A DNA stretch of 63,800 nucleotides, the filler included, from Choristocarpus tenellus KU-1152 (lineage: Eukaryota > Protista > Phaeophyceae): the NCBI GenBank assembly GCA_964200185.2. It is 13 parts of 13 records of this genome, joined end to end, with 100 filler letters (N's around TTAATTAATTAA, not from the genome) between each part and the next. Parts side by side here need not be neighbours in the genome. Positions count along the whole stretch, not along the records: positions 11,806 to 14,476 come from CAXNAD020025778.1; positions 14,577 to 20,745 come from CAXNAD020008777.1; positions 20,846 to 25,854 come from CAXNAD020012178.1; 10 more parts are not named here. One strand, 5' to 3'. This document shows, one piece after another, positions 12,450 through 22,499 of the stretch (the stretch's first letter is position 1; each line of letters begins with the position of its first letter). The notes under the pieces are model-generated. The model ran no database searches, had not been told where the DNA came from, and was given only the letters and a program-made list of their open reading frames with translations. The position numbers were made by a program, and so were the translations under genes.

Positions 12450-12973
12450 GATTAGCACATCTCAGGAGACAGTGAAGGTCCTCTGGCCTGAGGCGGAGGG
12501 GACACTAGTCACGGCAGAGGGGATAAAGAGGCGTTTGATGAAGATGAGCCGGAAAATAGGTCGGATATCTTCAACCGCCCTCATCTACAAGGCAAGGATT
12601 ATTGGGAAAGGTTTGAGGAGGGGGAGGGGGAGGGGTTTCCACATTAGTGGGCGTATGTGTGTGTGGTTGTGGATAGGGAGATATTTGATGTGGGTGCATG
12701 TGTTTGGGTGTCATTGGATGTGTATGGGTGTGTGTTTTTGAATAGATACTGATGTGGGTATGTTTTTTGGTAGTCTTTGGTGCTTTGTGTACAGATCTCT
12801 GTGCCTTCAAGAGCGCATCGGGGTGTTGGGGTGTACGTATGTCGCAGAAGGGCATGCATTGGGTTTTTCTTTTTTTTGTACCAAGGGACCTCGATGGAGT
12901 TGTCAAAGGGGGGGGGGGGTATTTTAGGTCCGTGTTGTCAAGACTTGCAGTGATGAAGTATCAGGAAATGCAG
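12075..12973 (+). CDS. Partial gene of unknown function (three candidate exons)
   Basis: Candidate exons 12075-12197, 12451(or 12466)-12591 and 12928-12973 splice in frame: LKPSQPITLTDLLSWDGFSFEN...PE|ISTSQETVKVLWPEAEG...TALIYK|VRVVKTCSDEVSGNA. The first has a strong pyrimidine-rich acceptor. The second uses an AAG|GCAAG donor. No domain recognised. Confidence 0.45.
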
Positions 12974-13856
12974 GTGTGACAGATCGTTCAACATTGTTGG
13001 CGCCTTGAATAGCACGCCTTGTGAGTTTCCCTTGTTTGGATTTCTTGCTCACTGGGCGTAGTGGTTGTGTGCAGTATTGTTGTACCTCACTTAGTCCCAT
13101 TGTGCACATTGCAACCACTTTCATTTGCTGAACAAAACTGGCTCTTCGGAGGAACCGCTCTGTACTCTACTCTATTTTTTTTTCTCTCTCTCTCTCTCTG
13201 GGACGGGCTATTGCATACTTTTTTTCATTACATGCAATATATATATATTTTTTTAAATTAATCTTTCCAAAAAAAAATATATTTTGGCGATAAATTTCTT
13301 CCCTCCGTCTTATCGACATTACTTACGAGTTATAACGGTGAACCTCGTCGCCTTTTTTTAAATCTGATTTTTTTTTAAATTAAAACCAGAGTAATATGGT
13401 AAAGTACAGTCCCTCGGTCAGTACAACCAGTGGATTTTTTTTTTTTTCAAGATTCCTTGGGAGGAGGCGTCCGAGTCAATAATTGATTTTTTTTTTGTTC
13501 TCAAAAAGAAGAAAACGGAGGGCACAGAATTTTTTAAAATATTAAATTCAAATCTTTGGTTACTACTTTCAATTGTTATATAATTGTATGTATGTATGTA
13601 TGTAAAATATGTATGTATATATATACGTCAGATCTTTATTGTTTTGTTATACCTTTTTTTTGTGATGTATTTCTTTCGATCGCGGTCGCTGCTGCCTTAG
13701 GTACAGGTAGGGTACAGTACGTTAAATAGGCATCGGTGAAGCATTCACTTTTCCTTCTTTTTTTTTCTTTCCATCCCATCAGTTGTTTCTTGAACAGGGG
13801 GCTGGCTCTATTTAGACCGGTCGGTCCCTTCGAACCAACAGACAGTAGAGGTGAAA

Positions 13857-13858
<2 letters not shown>

Positions 13859-13900
<42 letters not shown>
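13859..13900. repeat. (TG)n microsatellite
   Basis: About 21 TG units. Confidence 0.9.
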
Positions 13901-13904
<4 letters not shown>

Positions 13905-14410
13905 TCCTCGAGATCACGAAAACCATCGCCCTACCGCTAATATTGTTGGAAATAATAAAATTATATAGAGCCAGTGTCCAAATTGGTCCTATTATTTCCG
14001 CCGCTCAAAGTGCTTATCGATTAAATAAAATTATGTGTGTATGTGTGTGTTTAATTCCCTTTGGAGAAGTAGTGGAACAGTCCCTCCTCGTCATCAGTCC
14101 TGTTTGTGCAGTTCACAAGATCTTTTCTGGGAAACTAGTGTGCATACATACATACATAATATGTATTATATATTTGCAAGACAACCTCACACACATGGGG
14201 GATGATCGGTTCTTGTAGTGATAAAGAGGCCCACTGAGATCTTAGGATAAGAGACCTCACGCACAAACACGGTGCTTTTTTTTTTACTGCAAAACTAGAA
14301 ATAAAATAATATAACCCAACACCGCCTCCGTGCGCCTCACGCACAGACCGTTCCAACAAACTGGTGCTGATCAGAGGAAGAACCCATATTACGTTGCTGG
14401 TATGATCCCT

Positions 14411-14471
<61 letters not shown>

Positions 14472-14576
14472 ACCCCNNNNNNNNNNNNNNNNNNNNNNNN
14501 NNNNNNNNNNNNNNNNNNNNTTAATTAATTAANNNNNNNNNNNNNNNNNNNNNNNNNNNNNNNNNNNNNNNNNNNN

Positions 14577-14645
14577 CAACAATCGCAACATGAAAAAATT
14601 GACCCCAAATGGACAGCCGCCACCCCCTCCGAGATACTTTGAGCC
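14577..14645. mobile_element. MITE family A, partial at contig start
   Basis: AAATGGACAGCCGCCACCCCCTCCGAGATACTTTGAGCC matches the family A end. Confidence 0.75.
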
Positions 14646-16328
14646 ACAAAACAGATTCACACTAAGGCATGCTCAGTCGCTACTGAATAACTCACTGTCA
14701 ATATATCTGATTCAAAACCAGAATGATTAGTGCCTACCCTTGGGTTTTCTATATACCTCACGTCCTCAGTCCATACAGATTGCTTCCACAACAATGGAGG
14801 GATGACCCATGTAGTATACCTACTAAGTATATTGATGGAAACATGTGGGGAAGTAGAGGATTCCTGTGTTAATACTGTAATGTTGCATAGAAACTAGAAA
14901 TGCGTAACTCACATCCTTGTGGTCTACCTGTATTCTGGTATTGTTTGATGTAGGGGACTGCTGGTAAGATCGGGTGCAAGCAAGGGTCTGTTTGAGGGTC
15001 GTGCAACACTACCAACGCACTAGCGATGGTGAGGGACGATAGCAGTTGAGCACAATTTAATAGAGCTGGAGGGTTCCAATTTTGCAAAAATCGAGATTGA
15101 TGCGAGATACCCCCCAAAACGAGAACTGGTATGATTTAATAGCATTTCAAACACTACCCACGATATAATATCAACTTCCCTCAGAACATCAATTCATACA
15201 ATTGCCTCCTCAATAGAAATTGAGGGTTAGCCCACTTATATTAAAATACTTGTTATTAGTATCTATATGTATTTGTTTTGCTCTGTCCGACTCGGCAGGT
15301 ACAGTAGGAAACTGAGGATTGAAGTGGTATCAACAACATGTAAGTAGAGGAGTTTCTTGTGCGATCAAGCTTTTTTTTTTTTTTTTTTTTTTTATAGAAA
15401 AAAAGCAATGTAGGCAATTGGTTTTCTTGTGTATGTTGGCAGGCTACCAATTTCTACGAAGTAGTTACGTTTTGAAGATTTGACAACGAGCACACACAGT
15501 AATAGGATACAAATGTACCGTAGGGGTTGTTCGTAGAGCGATGCTGTCATTTTGTCCTTGTTGCCATACATCCAAGTCTACTTCGGTGTCTTTAATACTA
15601 ACTAATACTACAAATACACTGTTGTAGAGATACAGATTGGTGCCTTACCTGAGCAAGGTTCGGACATCACATGATGCATCACCTCGTCGGGTAGGTGCAT
15701 ACTTCTCCACAGTATACAATTTGCAAGGGGGAAAGCCCTACATTCTTGCACTCATTGATAGATCATGCATGCTGCCGTTAAAAATATTGCTTCCCTGACT
15801 TTGTCCCATTTCTATACATGCATAACAGATGTATGTGGTACATAACAGATGTATGTGGTACAACCAACCTCATGGGCATCTTGCTTGCGGTGTGTGGCAG
15901 CAAGTCTTTTGGGGCATAGTGCTTGAGATGGAGTAGATGTTAGGCTTGAATCCCTCCAAAATATGTAACTTGAGCACTAGAGTGAACGTTGATGTGATGG
16001 AGTGTGTTTAGTACACTATGCCATTTGCACTATGAATGAGAGGTCTAACTTGCTCTGAAGTATGATCTCAAGCACTTCTCCTGGGATGCCTCTGTGCACC
16101 ACAATAGTCCTTGTCTGAGGCGCCTTGAAATTGAGAGTCTGCAGCACCAAACAGTACTATCGATGACTGGGAGTAAGTATGGTGGTTTTGTAAATGTACA
16201 TCACTGCCGCACATTGCTTGGTAAATAACCAAGTCCAAGGAGTTTTTCAACCGTCAAAGGATAGTCTCAAGGAGTGGAATAACACAACAATTAAAGCTAT
16301 CAATAATATCTATCCAATTCCCTACACA

Positions 16329-19300
16329 CTACTCCCACCATGACGTAAGACCCAGCCCTTCCTCATTCATGCTACCCGTGATGGTCATGGCGGAGGGGGC
16401 TTCAGCTTGGCTTGTCAAATCCACACTTCGTCCTCTCTCCCTGCATGAGTTAGTTGACCACAGGTGAAGAGATGAAGTTAACGGGATGTGATGGAGAACA
16501 TTAAGGTTAGGGTTAGAACTTCACTCAATGGAACCTAGCATTTCACAAAAAACCCCTTGTAGACAACGGCCCAAATTAACCACCAATAGTAGCAGCAACA
16601 GGATAGAGACCAAACGTACATGACATGAAACGTATCATCTACACCTGTAGGGCAGTCGATACATGCTGCATTGAATCGAGGGATGCATTCACCCTGCAAC
16701 CTATCAAACTTCCTAATGGTTGATCATTCGTTGTCCACCATTATAAAAAAGAACACAAACACACATAAATGTACAGAGGTAGGGCAATGAAACCCTTCAT
16801 TCTGGCATTCAGTCTGCCATGAAACGCTATGGTGGTAAGATCTGGTGTTCCACTCCTCGATCAGCAGATCCATTATAGTACTAACCTATTATCCCATAGT
16901 ACCTCTTACATTATGGGTGGAGAGGTGGCATCTCCATTGCCTACCCTACATTCAATTTTAAACATTGACATTAACCCTCAGAACCAAATAGAACCAAATA
17001 CTATTAATAGAGGTCTACTGCATGATGTCATCATGCAAGGAGGGGAATCTAACCTTTTATTATGTTGCTATATCTGTACCAGTACTGAATACTCTCCTTG
17101 TGTGAATTGAACTCAGTCAATGGCCTACCTCACTCTTGGTGCAGAATCCCCTCCAGTAGCTGCACTTGCTGCTCCTCCATCCCGTCCCTGTGACAATGTT
17201 GTTGCCTGGATGCCTGTTGCAGTAGTGGTAACCTTAGTGACCATAATTATGATCAGAGAAACGTGGGGAAAAGAAGAACAGGATTTGGGGGGTACTTGGG
17301 GTCAATCTCTGCTCAGCGGACACATGACAATTCCCCTCATTGAAGGGTTGCAAATAATAAGTCCTGGATCAACAACAATCCTATGAACTAAAACTCAACA
17401 ACAATATTAATAGTGGTACTCACAGCGATTTCCTCAGTAGGTATATCTGTATTGTGCTCTTGGAATACACGTCTAGACAGAAGGAGGAAGGAGACATACC
17501 ATATCCGTCATACTTCAGCGTAATCATTTGGAGTAACATACAGTAGTGTATACTTGGTACATACTTCAAATATAGAGGGGCACAACCATCACATTAAAAC
17601 ACCCAGAACAGACCAATATGACCTGTCCAACATCATGTACCCTGTCTGGTAAGGATCGTTTCGTTGCTCAGTTGTGTCATACTGTTGAACTTGGCACCCT
17701 TACTAACCCTAACCCTTACTCTACACTACCAAGTTATTTGTGACAATGCAGCTGCACTGCAACCAACCTAGGTCCAGATTTAATGGAACTCACTTGCGCA
17801 CACTCTTACCAACCAACAACCAACCAAAGGCATGAGCAAGTGTCTTGAACCAAAACAACACTAATAATATTACTATTAAAAATATGACAATGGTGTGCAC
17901 AGGTGAGACACAGGGGAGATCGAAAGGGCAAAAATGTCCTTGTCTGATTGCTCTCTACCCATTGCCGAACACACACAGAATCTTTTCAGTATCTATCTGA
18001 CACATACGGATATATCTGATCAGGATAAAATTAAAATGACGGAAAACAATATGCTCACCTACAATCAACATATGTCAGAGTGAAAGTATCTTAGAGGGTA
18101 TGAGTTTTGCCCTGTTTGTATGTTTGGGGCTTGGCTTCCCACGGGGTTTTTTAATGACATTTTCCTACTCCAAAATATTTTGGAGTAGATAAAATGTGTA
18201 CATTATGAAAAGGCGTGTCCGGAAAGAGGATATTAACACTTCCTAACAAAGACAATAGCCAAATTACAACAAAATCGCAAAATTGGATTTTGGCCCCCAA
18301 ATAGACACGGCTCTACCCTCTAAGATACTTTGGCTTGTCAACATGTGTAATGAAAAGGGGGAGACAGGACAGACAACATTTAAGAGAACACCTACAACAA
18401 ACAACAAAATATTGTCATCCAATATCCAGCATAATGGTAGAACAACACTTGATTGTATTGTATCTATTGTAATCTCATCATAGCAAGAAACAGATGATTG
18501 AGGTCTGCTTCTAAAGTACGAAAATAGCACCATGTATCCTTTTCCTATTTTTTCACCACACACAGAGTTGATGTGACTGGACTTCACTCTTCAGGTGATA
18601 GCAGTGTTTTAAGACATCCCTTGTGCAGTCTCCCACACATCCACCATGACAGGGAGACCACCGCACAAGAAGAGGAGCCATATGGCATGGTGATTAGTCC
18701 AGGTTGTTTCTCTTACGTAAAGTGTTGCAATTTGCGACTGCCTGCCCTGGTGGAACAGTGGTATCTCAAAGCTTGACACCAATACTCCAAGATGTAAAGA
18801 GCATGTGATCTGAGTTTACCTCTGTGTGGCAGGAATGTCTCAAATACAACATGCATGATTGGCCAAGTGCAGAAAGGCTGAAGTTCTTTCCCACCACCAC
18901 TTCATCAGGTCATTGAAACTCTCACTGTCATCAATCACCTCGACCAAGTCCTATCATCCTTTGGAAGGTGTTGACCTCCCCTCACTCTGCTGACTGATGC
19001 ATATCCTCCCTCACCATGACTTCCACATCAGCAGGAGCTGACTCTCCCAAATCTAACTCTAACCCTAAACTCGCATGAGGAACTATCTTAGTGATCCTTT
19101 CTTTCCCCTCCTTGCTCAGAGCAATTGTCTCTCTGTATGTGCAATATATGACAAATGATCGATGCTGTACTGGGTGTGGCTATGACCCCCTGTTTCTATC
19201 AATCATATATATATACATATACATGTATGTATTGCCACGTAGTGCTACCATCCCCATTGTGCATACTAACCCTAACCCTAAGTATACAAGAAACTGCGAT

Positions 19301-20632
19301 GAAATGGGAGCCCTCAACCAATGGGACTTCATCCTTGACCAGTCTTTGATGCATAGTTCCTTCTTCTCCAGTTCGTGAGCTCAATCTCGGGCTCTGACCT
19401 CTTGTATCTCATATGCTGCTTGTGTGTCTTGATATCATACTCCACATAGGGCACACAGACAAATCCCTCAAAAGGTCTCCAGGGGCTCCAGACACACCCG
19501 CATAGACAGGGAAATGTAGATAGGGTCTGGTGTGTGCCTGCTCCTGCTCAACACAGAACAATATAACAAAAATCTGACCAACCGAACACAAAGCGATGAC
19601 ACTGGCTCTTTTAAAATCATTGAATGAGCCGCTTTGATTGGACTGCTACGATTTACTACACTACGCTACCCGCTACACAGTGTTCCACCACCAACAAAAA
19701 AACAAAAACAAACTCCTAGCACTATTTGGAAAGAGCCTACTACAATGCTCCATTACCAACATAACAACACTAGCACCATAGAGCTGGTCCACTTGCATAG
19801 ACAGTAGATACCTCAGTAAAGTTGAGAGTTCGCACTCTAAATCTCACAAAGTCGTTGACTGTTATTGAGAATGTTGCAGGCTCCTCTTCCTCGTCCTCAT
19901 TTCCTCCCATTCCCTCCCCTTCCTCCTCAGCTGCATCTGGGTCTTGGTAGGACCATACCCACTCGCCTCCCACACTGTTAGCAGAAACAGTTATAATAAT
20001 AAATTATATTAGGACAGGTCTTATTGACACAAGGAAACGACAAGCCTCTGCACTCTAAGTCCAGAAGGGACCGGGCTATAGGCCAGAACTTATGTGGAGG
20101 TTTAAATGTGGCCAACTCATTAAGCAGTCTACTGTACACCAATTGTTTCAATGAAACACATACAAAGACTCAACTAACAAAAAGATTCAACCAAGATATA
20201 CAAAGATTCAACTAACACATACACAAAGATTCAACTGAACACAAAAAAAGTGAGAAAAAGTCAATCTAAACCAAAGCCTGAATAAGCAAGGGGTACATCA
20301 CACAATACCCATTTCAAAGGCGATAGTTCCCCTTTTCAGCAGCAACGCTACATACACTCCACCAGTTACAGCACACTAAAGGGGGCATCACCAATATATA
20401 TATATTGAGGTAGTACAAAAAAAAATCATCACCAAGAAGACAGCAAAACCATATTTAATCAAAACAGCATGTTTACTCACAACACAGATGGAGACTGCAG
20501 GAGGTGCTTAGGTACAGAGACGTCCTTGAAGAAGTCTAGGGACACCTTGACATCTTCTCGTGTACAAGACACAACCTTGCCTGACAATATCTCTCCCACA
20601 AAAGGCCGGAAGACCAGCAACCTGAACCGAAC
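16329..20632 (-). CDS. POLR3H: DNA-directed RNA polymerase III subunit RPC8 / C25, 5'-partial
   Basis: Phase-consistent exons 20632-20481, 19974-19812, 17232-17129 and 16440-16329. They give VRFRLLVFRPFVGEILSGKVVSCTREDVKVSLDFFKDVSVPKHLLQSPSVFVGGEWVWSY...VRFRVRTLNFTE...MTITGSMNEEGLGLTSWWE*, matching the FRPF.GEIL, WVW, RFRV and terminal GLG..WW motifs of RPC25. Confidence 0.93.
18078..18336. mobile_element. MITE family B in an RPC8 intron
   Basis: GAGTGAAAGTATCTTAGAGGG...CCCTCTAAGATACTTTGGC with the internal palindrome CTACTCCAAAATATTTTGGAGTAG. Confidence 0.85.
18780..18960 (-). mobile_element. hAT transposase C-terminal dimerisation-domain remnant (intronic)
   Basis: Minus strand reads DLMKWWWERTSAFLHLANHACCI*DIPATQR*, resembling the hATC consensus (WW...F..LA..A...L.IPATS). 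Interrupted by stops. Confidence 0.5.
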
Positions 20633-22499
20633 CTTGACATTTCACACAAACATATCACAGAGAGCACCCTCCACAACCCCCACAGAGAGAAAGAGGAGGG
20701 GGGGGGGGGGGGGAGGGAGGGGTATTGTGAGCTTAGTGCAGGATGNNNNNNNNNNNNNNNNNNNNNNNNNNNNNNNNNNNNNNNNNNNNTTAATTAATTA
20801 ANNNNNNNNNNNNNNNNNNNNNNNNNNNNNNNNNNNNNNNNNNNNCACACACACCCCTCCCTACCCCCCCGGCCCCCCAAAGTCAAAGTGATAATATCCC
20901 AGGCTGAGTGCTTACGATAAAAAGAAAAAGCTTTACGGATCAGGTTTGGTGGTACAGTATGTCTCTCTCCGCTAGGAAGTGTTGACCATATGAATGGAAA
21001 CAGATCGTTCTGGAAACAGATCGTTCTGTTCACTTGTGACAATTGTTGCAACACCTGACCCCCCCGGCCGGTGAACTTTTGATTTTATCAGTCGGTTGTT
21101 GCATACTGTAGGAAATGTTCCGGAATATTCTGCCGCCCACTGGCTGAGAAAGGTCATGCCGTTTTTTGAGGTGGCGATAGATGGTGAGTGTTGGGTAGGT
21201 TATGCCAAGATCAAACCCTTGCCTGCTTGCTTGTTTGCTTTTGAGGCAGTGCTCGTATTACTTTCAAAGATTCAGAGCCCTCTGCCGGAGCTCGCTCGCT
21301 CAGCGAAAAAAAACAAGTTTATAAAAAGAAAAAAATGCATTTTTTTTATTACAGTTTTTTTTAAATTGCAGCCATATAATACATATATCATATATATATT
21401 TATATATATAAATTTTGCATTGTGAGTTGCGAGGGTTATGGTGAGTGGGGTAGGTACACGTTTCATAGTACTCAAGAGGGTGAATTTTATTTTGGTCTTC
21501 GCCTTTGGGTGTTGTTGGTGGATTAAAGAATCGGGACGCGTGTCTGGACACATGGAGTGAGGTGCCGTGCCAAAGAACGGACAAGCTGCGAGCGTACGCG
21601 CGATAGAACATGCGCTTCTTAAATCTTTCATTTTTTTTATTTCTTATTTCTTATTTCAGTTTTCGGCTGAATTTTAATCTGTTTGCTGTCCTAGTTCTCG
21701 GGTCTAAAAAAATCGATAATTTTTTGTACTTGGTGGGTGTCTGGCAAATACCGAAGAGTAGTGGTGTTCCTCTCGAGCGTCTGCGCGCGCGCCCCTGAAC
21801 GCGCGTTTTGTTCTGACAGAAGTTATGGCTTCTTAAAGGAGGTTAGCTTGTAATGGAAGGTATAATTATCTGTTACTGTGGTGCCTGTTACCATTGCTCC
21901 ATCGTGGGTACATAGTAGTGGTAGTTCTGCAGGGAGATTTCCGATCAGGTGTGTAACAATGTGTTACTATTGCTAATGGTGCTACTATTGCTGCAATAAT
22001 ATTAATATTATTGGTTTTTATTATCTTGTTCTAGTATTGTGATGCAATGTCCCTAACCCTGGCACAATGGCAGTGCAGGGCAACATCAAGGTTTTTTAAG
22101 TACCCCACTCAAGTCCAGTGTACAACAATATTCCCACAAGACAGACACTCTTTAAACTCAAATACCTTTGGTGTGAGGAGAAATACTTCAATGTGTTGTT
22201 GATTTATCATTTTTATTGCGTCTATTATTGCTGGAATGACTCTGTAGTGCACATACACTCACAAATATGTATGTATATATGTTTGTATTTATACACACGT
22301 ATAGACTCGCACATACGTATGCGTCTATATCTCTAGATATTTGCGGTATGTGCTTCCAAATCAAGAATCAGCCCCCACCATTCCCACCAACCGTCCCCTT
22401 TCCCTCCCCCTCCTCCTCCCCCTCCCCCCCTCACGCCTTTCAATTAATTTTCCTGGTGCACTTTATCAATATTTGTACCAATACAATGTGGTGACAAAG

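Noticed and set aside
14135-14524. Poly-Gly / poly-Pro ORFs
   Set aside because: They come from a ~60-nt C homopolymer at a contig end, probably unreliable sequence.
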